Positions 1 through 11,714 of a DNA stretch of 64,000 nucleotides are shown in pieces. This DNA is from Chiloscyllium plagiosum (lineage: Eukaryota). Every line of letters starts with the position of its first letter. Positions within the stretch are counted from its first letter, which is position 1. A program made the translations under genes and the position numbers. The notes beneath the pieces were generated by a model. The model saw only the letters and a list, made by a program, of their open reading frames with translations. It did not search any database and was not told the DNA's origin. The DNA is taken from NCBI RefSeq assembly GCF_004010195.1, contig NC_057758.1, forward strand, positions 2,046,029 through 2,110,028, written 5' to 3'.

Positions 1-190
1 TCACCTTAACCTCCTTCCACCTATCGCATTTCCAACGCCCCTCCCACACATCCCTCCTCCCTACCTTTCATCTTAGCCTGCTTGGCACACTTTCCTCATT
101 CCTGAAGATGGGCTCATGCCCGAAACGTCGATTCTCTTGTTCCTTGGATGATGCCTGATCTGCTGCGCTTTTCCAGCAACACATTTTCAA
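1..190 (+). mobile_element. Penelope-like element 3' terminal repeat (pLTR), family A, cut by window edge
   Basis: Near-identical to 10130-10320 (+) and to the reverse complement of 4098-4212. Contains a hammerhead core. The same family abuts a GIY-YIG C-terminal remnant at 4218-4345. Confidence 0.8.
102..129 (+). ncRNA. Minimal hammerhead ribozyme motif (PLE family A)
   Basis: CTGAAGA-t-GGGC(tcat)GCCC-GAAA-cg-TC. Conserved core is intact, stem II is 4 bp, stem III is a palindromic ACGT. Only about 2 bp of stem I are visible. Confidence 0.7.
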
Positions 191-997
191 CAGGAATGAG
201 AGCGTCTTTTGAGTTGTATTTGGACAGACACATGAATGAGCTGGGAGTAAATGAATACAAATTGTGAGAAAATGGGCAGCAGGAATACATCGAGGATGTG
301 GAATGGCGCAAGCTTGGATGGCTGAATAGCTGGCTCCTCCCATGTAATGTACTTTGTTCTTTCTTCTTTGTAATCAAATATCTCTTTTCAATGGTGCAAG
401 CTTTATTTGCATCATTCTCAGGCAAAGTGTCATGGTGCAGAAGATGTAAACAATCTGTGTATGAAATACTATCACCGTAACCAAGAGGGTCAGATGGACC
501 ACGCAGGGAACACGTTAGTATTGTGCGACTAATAACTGAGTGCAGCAATGGTCACCATCCCAACATTGCAGATTACTCGTTTTCTCACTGCTTTTAGTGT
601 AGCAGAAGTGCATCTTCTATTCTTCTCACACAAGCTCATTACAAATGCTGGGGACAGAATGGAACAACACATTAAAGACAGCAACCTTTCAATACCAACT
701 CATGTCTGGCTGGAACATATATTGATGCTCTATCCCACATATATTGGAGACACAGGTTTGTGTATTACTGCCAATGTAAGCTAACCAAACGGGTAGCAGA
801 AATGTGCACCATGCTTCATTGCGGTCCACCTTATTTATCTTGAGACCAGTTTTTAAAAATCCTACCAGGTAGAGTGGGAGAAGAAGAGTGCAAAGTTGGC
901 AGCATGTTTCGCCCAATGTAGATTGTGACCAGACGAATCCACAGAACTGCCGTTGTGGTCTGCCAAATGTTTCCAATAAGGTTCATGGTGAAAACTA

Positions 998-1312
998 GGT
1001 AAAAACAATAACTGCAGATGCTGGAAACCAGAGTCTAGATTAGAGTGGTGCTGGAAAAGCACAGTAGTTCAGGCAGCACCCAAGGTGCAGTAAAGTCGAC
1101 GTTTCTGGCAAAAGCCCTTCATCAGGAATACAGGCAGAGAGCCTGAAGGATGGAGAGATAAGTGAGAGGAGGGTGGGGGTCGGGAGAAAGTAGCATAGAG
1201 TACAATCGGTGAGTGGGGGAGGTGATGAAGGTGATACGTTAGGGGGGAGTGGATAGGTGGAAAGGAAGATAAGCAGGTAGGACAAGTCATGGGGACAGTG
1301 CTGAGCTGGAAA
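998..1312 (-). mobile_element. Penelope-like pLTR, family A variant
   Basis: Homologous to 9998-10354 and 23790-24128 in reverse orientation. Carries a hammerhead core. Possible degenerate TSD catggtgaa at 984-992 and 1322-1330. Confidence 0.75.
1098..1125 (-). ncRNA. Minimal hammerhead ribozyme motif (PLE family A variant)
   Basis: Minus strand reads CTGATGA-a-GGGC(tttt)GCCa-GAAA-cg-TC. The closing base pair of stem II is mutated. Confidence 0.6.
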
Positions 1313-1569
1313 CTCATGGTGCATGGTGAACCCATTGGGTAGATGGAGTGCAGCGAGATGGGCAGTTCATCCAGTGTACTCTATGCAAGTTGCATGCAAA
1401 CATGAATGAGAGGGTGAGTTTGAGTTGCATGCTCTTTGGAGAGTCTGTGTGGAGTTTTTGGTCCAAAAGTCCTGTTTCTGCACTGTACGGGTGCTATGGT
1501 TCTATGATTGCACAAGGGGTTTGACACAAACCGAACATTTCTTTGATTAAATGAAAATCTGAATGAAAC

Positions 1570-2775
1570 TTTGCTCACTGAGCTACACGGTTCGTTTTCA
1601 AAATTTTCGTCAACATTCTAGGTAACATCATCAGTGAGCCTCCAGTGAAATGATAGTGTTATGTCCCGTTTAAATTGAACGTGTTTTGGCTTCTTTGATT
1701 TGGTGATATCATTTTCGTTTTTATTCTTCAGAGGGTAGTAGATGTGGTCCAAATCGATGTGCTGGTTGATAGAGTTCCAGGTAGAATGCCATGTTTCTAG
1801 GATTTCCTGTGCGTTTTACTCTTTGCCTTGTACGAGCATGAATGTGCAGTCACAGTCAAAGTAGTGTGCCTCCTCATCTGCATATAAGGATACTTGCGAT
1901 AGTGGGACATGTCTTTTTGTCGTTGGTTGATGTTCATGAAACTAGTTTGTCCAACGCAGTGTCCGTTACCGTTCTTGCACAGCATTTTGTTAATGACGTT
2001 CACTTTGCTTGACTGTATAGGATAGTTTAGGTTAATTAGCCGCAATCTGAGTAACTTAGATGGGATATCATGATGGAAAGAGGTCTGAGTTGCTGGCGTT
2101 TATTTCCGAGATGTCTATGATATAGGGGAGAGTAATTAGGGATTCTGGGCGCCTTTTGTCTGCTTGCTTGGGTTTGTTGTTGTGAAATCGGCAGACTGTG
2201 TTCATTGTGAACCCGTTCTTTTTGAATACATTGTACAGGTAATTTGCCTCTATCCTTCGTGGTTTCTCTGTGCTGCAGTGTGTGGTAGCTTATTGAAATG
2301 ATGTTCTAATTCAGTTTCGTTTGTTCATGTTGGGATGGTTGTTTCTTTCGTTCATTATCTGGTCTGCATGTGTTTATTTCCTGTTGATGCTGATTTGTAG
2401 GCCCCCATTGACGGTTCTTTCTACTGCGACATCAAAGAATGGCAGTTTGTTTTCGTTTTCGTTCTCTTTTGTGAACTTTATGTCAGTAAGGTTATTATTG
2501 ATGGTCTTGAAGGTTTCTTCCAATTTGTTTTGTTTCGTGAATCCAAAGGTGTAATTCACATAGCGAATCCAAAGTTTGCGTTGGATGGTTGGCAGAGCCG
2601 TTCGTTCGAGTCCCTGTATTACTGCCTCTGTGAAGAAGCCTGATATCGTAGATCCCATGCGTGTTCTGTACGTTTATTTGTAGGTCTTATTATTGAAAGT
2701 GAAGTGAGTGGCAAGGCATAGGCCCATCTGCTTGACGTTGTTGTACTTGCTGATGAAGATGATGGTGTTTGCTGT
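1570..2775 (-). mobile_element. Decayed Penelope-like element: RT C-terminal half, GIY-YIG endonuclease and pLTR
   Basis: ORF 2374-2658 (MGSTISGFFTEAVIQGLE...LWIRYVNYTF...IKFTKENENENKLPFFDVAVER...INRK) matches the PLE RT pattern MGSPxS...WxRYVDD...LPFLDV...VYRK. ORF 1797-2045 (NVINKMLCKNGNGHCVGQT) matches the GIY-YIG pattern NVIYKIPC..C..YIGQT. Stops and frameshifts present. Confidence 0.9.
1601..1634 (-). ncRNA. Degenerate hammerhead motif in PLE pLTR (family D)
   Basis: Minus strand reads tca-CTGATGA-t-gttacc(tagaat)gttgac-GAAA-at-TT-tga. Stem I tca/tga is retained; the stem III palindrome has decayed. Confidence 0.55.
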
Positions 2776-2779
2776 TTAT

Positions 2780-3774
2780 ATTATCAGTAAATTAGCTGAG
2801 ACAATCATATAGACTGATCATAACACAATAAGGTTTGTGGAAAATTTTAACGACAAATGTACCAGACGATTCAGATGGAGTTTGTTGTTACAGTCATTCA
2901 TATTGAAACCAATGCATCATGCGGGAAAACATGATTGCTAATGCATTTGCAAGGCTCGAATGAGAAATGGAGGCGTTCGGTGTCAGGAATGGAACAGATG
3001 GAAATGGAATGTAGTTGAGCATGTTTGCACGTTTTTTCGTCAATGTAATGCATTCGTCCATTTTTCGAGAACTCACTAAATGTAGGTCAAAGGGGTTTTA
3101 AAATGACGCCATGCTTGGATACTGATGCATCTTAAGGGAGAGGTTCTGATGAGATTAATCCTTTAACAAATTTATGCTGTCCTTGGCTTTTTTTTTCAGA
3201 GTGTCGTAAGTGGCACAGGAACCGAAAGGTGTCGTGTTGAAGGGTTTAGGTGCAAATTTATTACTAGCTGACAGATACTGCCTCAAGCAGAAGGCTTTCA
3301 ATTTTGAAATACATATGCAATGAAAGCGGAGTGGCCAATTCGCCCATCTCAGTTTTACTCTGGTTTGATTTGTGTTTTACAGTAGTGTGGATAAAGCCTT
3401 TGGACACAAGGAAGCAGGCCGAGACTGGAACTCCCTCTCTGACATCTATCAATGAATAACTGGTGTTTGATTTTAACTTTTGTACCAATGTTTTAAGCGT
3501 ATTAACTCGTTGCAAGTATTTGGAACAGCATCATTAATACTGATAGATCTGTTTGGCTTTCAGAGAGTTTAATTTATTCAGTATTACGTTTTCTATTATT
3601 TTTGTTTCATTCAGTAGTCTTGTAAATAAATCCTATTTTGTTTAAAATTAAGTGGTTTGACCATCTGATTCTCCCCTGTAATATACATTTTATGTTTGCT
3701 TAAAAGAACTAGCAAAGTTTGCGTCTGGGCTGCCTTCTTGAAATGATTTGGGGTGTCTTAACTGGTCCACAACA
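2780..3774 (+). mobile_element. Gypsy (Gmr1-like) LTR retrotransposon 3' end: RNase H remnant, PPT and ~630-bp LTR
   Basis: 2798-2960 translates as ETII*TDHNTIRFVENFND...RRFRWSLLLQSF.../NMIANAFARL, the Gypsy RNase H C-terminus (YTDH.PL...RL.RW.L.LQ...N..ADALSR). Purine tract aagggagagg at 3134-3143. LTR about 3145-3774 ending cacaaca, with AATAAA at 3625-3630. Confidence 0.75.
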
Positions 3775-4057
3775 AGCACCAACCCCTATCTCAGGGTAAC
3801 CCATCAATAATAAAATATTTCTGCTGATGGGAATTCGATTTTCTGGAAAAATAGCTGACTGGTCATTGAGTTTCCTCGTTGTCTTCTTGCTATAGTACAT
3901 TGTTTGCATTGAATGTCATCTTGAAAGGCTTTAAGTAATTAAGTACAGCTAATTCTGGGATTAATACCACATGGCCCAGGAATGTGAATTGGGCTATGGA
4001 GAATGCAGTCTTAGCCTGCCTCCCGTAGGAAATTGGGATATTCCATAAAATCTTCTA

Positions 4058-4405
4058 GGAGAAAGTGAGGACTGCAGATGCTGGAGATCCGAGCTGAAAA
4101 TGTGTTGTTGGTAAAGCGCAGCAGGTCAGGCAGCATCCAAGGAGCAGGAGAATCGACGTTTCGGGCATGAGCCCATCTTCAGGAATGAGGAAAGTGTGCC
4201 AAGCAAGCTAAGATAGAAGGACATGCAGGTCCTTGGACTCCTCCATCGCCAGAACATAACAACACGACGGCTGGAGGAAGAATGCCTCATCTTCTGCCTA
4301 GGAACCCTCCAACCACAAGGGATGAACTCAGATTTCTCCAGTTTCCTCATTTCCCCTCCCCTACCTTGTCTCAGTCCCAACCCTCGAACTCAGCACCACC
4401 TTCTT
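4058..4405. mobile_element. Penelope-like element family A: inverted pLTR (minus, 4058-4217) joined to GIY-YIG C-terminus and pLTR start (plus, 4218-4405)
   Basis: The plus ORF 4223 (QVLGLLHRQNITTRRLEEECLIFCLGTLQPQGMNSDF) resembles a PLE endonuclease C-terminus. The upstream segment is the reverse complement of about 70-190. An inverted 5' pLTR is typical of PLEs. Confidence 0.8.
4155..4182 (-). ncRNA. Minimal hammerhead ribozyme motif (PLE family A)
   Basis: Reverse complement is CTGAAGATGGGCTCATGCCCGAAACGTC, identical to 102-129. Confidence 0.7.
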
Positions 4406-4925
4406 AACGCTCTTTATTATTTCCAATGAGATCTTCTTTTCTGTAACCACTATTTAACCCAATTTGTATTTGCACAGTTTGAAATTGAGATGAGAAGTCA
4501 AGCTTTGATTTATAAACCAACTTATAATCATCAGACATTTTAATTGCTAATCCAACAGTTTTACCTGTTATTTCTTCTACATTGGTTCTCACGACTTCAA
4601 AAAGTGAACGTTTGAACTCTTCCAAAATAATTATCTCTCTTGGAGCGTCATATATTTGATTCATTTCCGATGTGCTTATTAAAATTACGTTAATTAATCC
4701 TTTCAAACTCCATGTGGGTTTTGAACAGGTACATTCCTCTCCGCTACTGGCACGAGCTTATGTGCACTTAAGATGGCTTTCTCCGCCTCCTCGCACTCCT
4801 CAGATGCCTCCTCTAATAGTGATGCAAATATCTTACTGGTTCTACTCACAAACACAGTTTGCATCAACAATACCTGCATGTTCACCGTTTCTTCATTTGT
4901 TTAGACACTTTCTCAAATTTGGCAG
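4405..4925 (-). mobile_element. Decayed gag fragment of a Gmr1-like Gypsy retrotransposon
   Basis: VLLMQTVFVSRTSKIFASLLEEASEECEEAEKAILSAHKLVP and REIIILEEFKRSL.EVVRTNVEE..GKT..LA..MSDDYKLVYKSK resemble Gmr1-type capsid motifs (LL...L.GRA......VK.AIL.AYELVPEAYRQ...LILLEEFK...AA..ADDY). Confidence 0.7.
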
Positions 4926-4942
4926 TTGATGAGGGACAGAGG

Positions 4943-5176
4943 GACAGGGAGGTTTTTACTGAGATGGTGTGGTAAGGGAATCGCATGATTTTCCTCAGCG
5001 GTTGTGATGAGGAAGGGGAGATATTTTACTGGGAGGCTTGTGCTAAGGGAGGTGCACATTCTTTCAGAGTGATGGGTAATGAGGAGGGAGAGTTTTACTT
5101 TGCGGGTGGGTGCTGTGAGAGCGGGATGCTTTTTTTTCTGAGGGAGTGGTCAGGGAGAATAATGTTTTTACATGGG
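4943..5176 (+). repeat. Degenerate ~35-bp minisatellite (about 6-7 units)
   Basis: A tttt(a/c)ct...gtg..gagg-like unit recurs about every 35 nt. Confidence 0.45.
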
Positions 5177-7559
5177 TAAAATTGTATATATTCTATCCAG
5201 TACTACATAGAAAACAACACGAATATCTCCTTACAGTCCAATTGAACACTTTCCAAATTTGCGTTTTTTTCTTCCAGTTTTCGATGCAGATTGCTTCAAC
5301 TAGGTGCAGTAAAATAATATTACGCATGGACTTAAAACTTCTAAAGGAGGCATACATCCATTTCACAAAATGGGTTAATTAGTAGTAACCTATCAAAGAT
5401 TTCTTACTATTTGCATTTTTAAAGTAACTTTATAATCAACAAACCTGATCATCTGGAATGAAATACTCTCTCAAGTGTAAAATCAGTACTTGAAAGTTCA
5501 TTCCTGGCCAGTAAATGAAATCCCAAACCTGATTATTTCTGGAATTAAGAATCCACACAAATCCAAAATGAACAAGAAGCTAATTCCAAAAGAGCTTTAC
5601 AAACCAACTTTTCAAATCAACATTTCGTTGCCGACTTCTGCTTGTACAAAAGCTGAGTTTCTTAAATGGAGAGTACATTTACCATAATTGTCCCGTACTC
5701 ACACATGCACATCATAACTCTAAATCGCCAAATATCTCCAAAATGCAAACAAACTTCCAGCATTCCCAGTTCTCGAGATCTAAGGAACAGGAATATACAA
5801 ATTGCACAGGGGAACATTTAACAATCAACAAACCAAGTAGTGTCAAACCAGGCTACTAAGTGTAAACTCTTCTACAAGATTTAGTGAAAGAGCAGATACG
5901 AGGTATTCTTCTCTGTGCCATACTTCTAAATACCGCATCTTGCCTCTGTGTCATTTTCCTTGTAACATCATCTGCAGAATGGATCATTCTGGACCCCAGC
6001 AGCCCTTTCCCAAGTTCTTTTCTGCCATTCTCCCGACTGTGTCTGCTGCCTCTATTATCGTATTTTTGAAGCTTTTCAACCTCCTTTTGATCTCTTGGGC
6101 AGTTGTTCTCTTTGTGCACCCGAGCATTTCTGGCACTTATTTATCTTTCTTGCACGCCTTCTTTGCATGCCTTGTTTTATTTTCGCGGCCTTCACGCGGG
6201 TGTTGAAACCCTTGTAGTTTTCATGATTTTATATCCTTAGAGCAGGTTTTGCAACCCCCTCTCTGTTTCTTCGTTTCACACAATCAGCACTGCAGCCTCT
6301 TTTTGATCACTCCTTTCTTTTGTGGTTTTGCGCATGAGAACACTGGACCTGACTCGTCTTCAAACATTTTAGTCCAGGGCGGCATTGCGCCATTTTGTGT
6401 GCTTCCACGATATTTCATGTGTTCACGTCCTTTTGCGTGCTTTCATGTTGGGTGCCCTCTTCCCTTGTGCCGGTGATCACACCTCGCCATTCGTTCCAAT
6501 CGAAATGTTATTTGTGTGCTTTAACGTACAGGAACCACCCGATCAAGAACCATGCCATCTAAAAGGTTGCTAAACAAATGTTCTCACTCAAATGATGGTG
6601 AAAGGTGAGCTGGCTCCAGACAGGGCACGCTACTCACAGTGCTGTACGTTTTTCCCCAATCGGGATTGAAGACTCAGAATACAGACAGTTTTCAGTCAAA
6701 TGGAAGATTTTAATTCAAGCTGAATCAAATTAATGCAAATAGAGGGCCAGAAGAACCAACAATTGCTCCTCTTTGAAATTTGTGATTAATGAGCGATGAA
6801 TGTTGCACCTGGAGGTCATTCATTTCCTTGGACAATTATCCTTTGATTAGTAAAGCTGAAAATATTCACTTGTCTGTTTCATCGGCATGCTGTTATCAAA
6901 AACTGTCTGGGAGGGGTACACAAGCACACTTTTGCTTACTTGGAGGAGCTCTGTTCAAAGGTGCCTTTGTTTTCTTTATTTAATCGCTGGAAGAGACTGT
7001 TTGACTTGTTTATCTATTGTCAGCCATCTTCTGCCTTAATGCTCGGGTTGTCTGTCTTTCTTAGCTTGTTGGCCATATTGTGTGAGAAATCTTGGGCCAT
7101 TTTCTGATAAGCAGGTACGGGTCACCCAACACTCTCAATTTATACTTTCAAATGAGCATCGGTGCATTCTCACACATAAACAGTGAGAAACTCACAAAAA
7201 TATCCAAACTGTTACACTCGTAGAGACAGAGTCCAACAGCACGGAGGCATTCTCTTTGGCTTAAACTGGTGCTCGCTTTTCAACCCGCAGTTAAATAATG
7301 TGCAGATTAAGTGAATTCCACCTGGCCAGGCTCATTTCTCAACACCAGGTCCAGTATGGCCCATTCCAGAGTTGGGCTATTTACATCCTAATCTAGAAAA
7401 CACTCCGGGATGCTCTTACAAATTCTGCATCATGCAGACCTCTGATGCAAAGTGAATCCCCAGTCAATGTTGGGAAAAATGAAATCTCATAACACCACCA
7501 CCCTTCTGCTCCGAGACCTTTCTATTATCTCTCGACATATTTGTACCTCCAATTCACGT

Positions 7560-8515
7560 TCGCAGTTGGAGGCCCTATAGCACAATCCCGACATTCTTAC
7601 TGCATCCTTTCTGTTTCTGAGCTCTGACCATATTCATTCCCTGCTCGATTCATCCATAGTGACCTCCTCCCGCAGAGGTGTGATATCTTCTTTAACCAGT
7701 AATGCAACTCCTCCACCCATTTTACCTCCCGCTGTACCTCGCCTGAAGAATCGATTTCCTGGGATATTTAATTGACAATCATGCCCTTTGTTCTAGCAAG
7801 TCTCAGTAATAACAATAACATCATACTCCGCGGCACTAATCCAGCCCTACGCTCATCTGTCCTACTTGCTGTACTTCTTGCATTAAAAAAACAAATGCAC
7901 CTCAAACCACCAGACCCTCTGTGTTCACTCTCCGATTCCTATCTACTCTTCCGCTTACTCACGCTGTCTTCATTACCTAGTTCCTTACTGGCTTTAGTTA
8001 CTACCTCCTTGATGTCCACCAGCCTCCTAAATTGGTTCCCATGCCCTGCCACATTTGTGTAAAACCTCCCCAACGGCATTTTCAAAAGTACCCCAAGGAC
8101 ATTGCTTCCAGTCTGGCCCAGGTGTAAACCATTTAATATTTAATACTCTCACGTCCCCCAGAACTGGTTCCAATGTCCCAATAATCTGAAACCCTCTTTC
8201 CTTGCACCATCTCCCAAGTCACACATTCACTCCAATTATTCTATCATTCCTATTCTAACCAGCACGTGGCACTGGCAGCAATCGTCGATTACTAGCTCTA
8301 AGGTTGCACTTTTTAACTTTGTTTCCTAAATCCGTAAATTGTTCTTGTAGGACCCCATCCATTTTTCACCCATATCATTAGTGACTAGATGCACCACGAT
8401 AACTGGCTGTTCAACCCCCCTGTTGAGAATTTTCTGCAATTGACACAAGACATCCCTGACCCGTGCACCTGGGAGATAACATTCCATTCGGGAGTCTCGC
8501 TTATGATGACAAAAA
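7560..8515 (-). mobile_element. Decayed CR1 LINE fragment (ORF1 esterase to start of ORF2 endonuclease)
   Basis: Nucleotide similarity to the reverse complement of 24600-25550, e.g. the GGGVALL-type segment accagtaatgcaactcctccacc and the CLPGARV-type segment near 8460-8480. Confidence 0.7.
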
Positions 8516-8740
8516 CGACTATCCGAATGAGATGGGCGGGCACTATTTCGTTCGGATAATCGATTATTTGGTTAATCGATTATATGCCTTCCCTCTGAGG
8601 CTCAGAGTTTTTAAACTCTTCTCCTCATTCAGGAAACTGCAGCAGCACACAGCACGCGAGCTCCCGCCCTAATACCGCCCACCGCCTGCCCCAGCCCGCC
8701 TCCAAACCCCATCCAACACCACCCGGTCCAGCACACAGCA
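8516..8740. mobile_element. Probable terminal fragment of a pogo/Tigger-like DNA transposon or MITE
   Basis: Imperfect hairpin cgactatccgaatgagat / atttcgttcggataatcg, two copies of the palindrome taatcgatta, then a GC-rich tract. It truncates the adjacent CR1. Confidence 0.4.
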
Positions 8741-9997
8741 TTTTTATGAGGAAATTAGACCACTATTTAAAGCGTGATACATCAAAAGTTGCTTTGGACA
8801 TATTTATAGAGTCCTCGATTGACTTATAGTTATTGATTTCGACAGATGTCCTCTGTGCCTGTAGATCTGTAACCAAAGTGATGTTGGAAGTGTCCTTCCT
8901 TAAATGCATTATTAAATCAATTTTTTAACTTAACAATGGCCCTTAGTCCAGATTTTCCACCATTTTCAATTGCACAGAGGAAGGGTTACTGCACATGAAA
9001 CGTTAACATCTTCTCACACATGCTGTCAAAGCTATGGATCATTCTTTGTGAATTATAGTAGTATTACTTGTAGTAAAGCATTCCAGTTGAGATCATTAAT
9101 CTTTGTATTGGCTTCCTACTGGTTCAATTCGAATTCCACACCTTCATTATTTGGGTCATGATGACGGTACTTAGGCACACAGTTCAGAAGTATATGCTTT
9201 TATCAGATTCAGTAACAATGATGTCAGTGAGGATACACCAGAGCAAGTAACTTACAACAGGCAATAAGTTTCTGAGAAATGCTGTTATTTGTTTTGTTAC
9301 GCTTTTCGTTGGTTTAGTTTCTAAAGCTTCTTCATTTGTATTTTCATTATTTATCCAAATCATTCGGATGAAAGGGTATCAACAATACTCCGATAATTGT
9401 AAACAGATGTTATATGTGCAGTATTCAAATTTATCGATATGTATGTAGAGATTTTAATTTTAATTCTATTTGCCAGCTATCCTGTGCTCCACGTGGTAAT
9501 TTGATTTTTTTTAACCTTTTACAATTTTTTTAGTGATAGGCTGTTTTTCACGACACTGACGACCGATGTACTTTATGCTATGACGATACTGGCTTGTGCA
9601 CGTATTGATCAGATTTGTTGAAAAATGTTTCAATTGTGAATGGATAAAAGCCTGGAAGAACTCTGAGAACTGTTAGAAATGATTGAGTTCATGTGAAGGA
9701 CGGCATATGGAAGTGTGATAGACTGCAGGTTTAAAGCTGTCCAATTTTGCAACTGTTTCGAAATGGAAGGCCAAATGGTAAACCTCCTCTGGCTTTGAGA
9801 TGGAACTGTTGGTGTTAATTACTCTTGGAGCTGAGTAACAAGAGAACTCCTCCAAAACATTGTAATGCTGATTTCACTATTTCCTGATTCCACTGCTCAA
9901 TCTGTTACATTCAGACACATTTTACTGACCAGAAATTTAGCCCGCAAGAGACTCCTAACTCGCAGGAACGGCGAGGTTCAGCAAGACACTGAAATAC

Positions 9998-10354
9998 TGA
10001 TTTCACCAGTTTCCTCATTTCCCCTCCCCCAGCCTGTCTCAGTCAAATCCATCAAATTCAGCACCGCCTTCCTAACCTGCAATCTTCTTCCCGACCTCTC
10101 CGCCCCCCCCAGTCTGACCTATCACCCTCACCTTGACCTCTTTCCACCTATCACATTTCCGACGCCCCTCCCCCAAGTCCCTCCTCCCTATCTTTTATCT
10201 TAGCCTGCTGGACCAACTTTCCTCATTCCTGAAGAAGGGCTAATGCCCGAAACGTCGATTGTCCTGTTCCCTAGATGCTGCCTGACCTGCTGCGCTTTTC
10301 CAGCAACACATTTCCATCTCTGATCTCCAGCATCTGCAGACCTCACTTTCTCCT
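9998..10354 (+). mobile_element. Solo Penelope-like pLTR (family A) with 11-bp TSD
   Basis: Flanked by direct repeat cactgaaatac (9987-9997 and 10355-10365). Contains an intact hammerhead core. Confidence 0.85.
10229..10256 (+). ncRNA. Minimal hammerhead ribozyme motif (PLE family A)
   Basis: CTGAAGA-a-GGGC(taat)GCCC-GAAA-cg-TC. The loop differs from 102-129 while the stem is conserved. Confidence 0.7.
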
Positions 10355-11714
10355 CACTGAAATACAATGCCAGGAAAAAAAACTCACTGGTTTTGAACGC
10401 AACTAATTTTAATTTGTCACGGTCGATATTAATGGTGTTTTTTTCAATGATGCCAGAAGTATTGTATGCGGTGCCATTCTTTGTATTTTGTATTATTTTG
10501 TGCAGAAACTTCATGTTGCTTCACCTCAGCTGCTGCACAAACATCGTAATTTCTGCTCTGAACCGAACCAACTTCAGGCAGCAGTTAAAGAATGCGCTTA
10601 AATATCCAGTTATTGAAATTAATCAGTAAATGGCGTTCACTAATCAATCATTTAATACAAGAGTTCCGCATTTTAATTCAAACATGCAGCATTTAAGCAG
10701 CCTATCGCTATGGTTACAGATTGATGGTAATGCTACATTGTTCAAGCGTATAAAATCCGGAGTCAGTGATAAAGACAACATTGCAATAATGCTGACTATA
10801 ATTAAATATTGTAAATAATAAAATACTGCTAATTAAAACTGCCAAACAGCAGATCTCACTACACTGCCCTTGCTTTCATCTTTGAGTTTAAAAAAACTCT
10901 AAACTCTAAACTCGATTAACCTTCCACTCATTGTCACAGCTGCACTGCAGACCTGTGTCTTCATTACACCTTTTCCCTTTTCTCCTGCCACTACCCGCAA
11001 TTTCCTTCCACACACATTCTGGTTCACGCTCTCCCTGTGAACTCTCTCAGTCTTGTCCATTCGGAATGTTTTCAATTTCTCCAGACGTCTATTTCTCTGG
11101 TCCGCTGTCTCTCTTCTGCCTTTCTCCTTTTTACGCCATCATTTTCTGCGATGTTCTCTCCCTCTAGATATCTATCACTTTCTTCCTCCCTTATGCCTTC
11201 TTTTGCATTTGCGACTTGCCTGCATTTTCTATCCATTCCGTTCCATGCTTCACTCTCTTTTTTTTTCTTTTTCCCTATCGCACTCTGTCTTCACCACTCT
11301 TTCCTTCTCTCTGTCCCTCAATTACACAGACAATTTCTTCAGAGCCATGTGGGTTGAGAATCCTGCTCTGCCATCACGAATGTTTTTCTTCAGGAGGCTA
11401 GATTCCTGTGTCGGCCGGACAGCGCCTTACTTTCCACAACACTTATTCACCCTGGTTTCGTTGAACATTCCCTTCTCTAATTTTACAGCGATTTCATCTG
11501 CCTTCCTGTGTTTGCTACCAATGTCGACAACACCACAATCTTTTAAAAAAAACATGTCAGCAATGCATTTACCAACTCAATCTTTGCATTTATAGCGATG
11601 TGCTTATCTATCTGGGCAGATATATCCTTGTGTGTCTGCTTGCATGAGATTTGTATGACTGTACGTTGGTTATTTCATATTGTCGTTTGTGTTTATAAGT
11701 CTGTTGTAGCGGTT

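Noticed and set aside
3146..3152. CTGATGA as a hammerhead core
   Set aside because: No stem II or GAAA follows. It coincides with the decayed start of the Gypsy LTR.
6733..6740. Octamer ATGCAAAT as an immunoglobulin or snRNA promoter
   Set aside because: No leader, V exon, RSS or snRNA sequence is recognisable nearby, and a single 8-mer is expected by chance in 64 kb.
11037..11595. Hydrophobic F/S/L-rich plus-strand ORFs as a membrane protein
   Set aside because: They are the shadow of a pyrimidine-rich strand. Several overlapping frames are open and no domain is recognisable.
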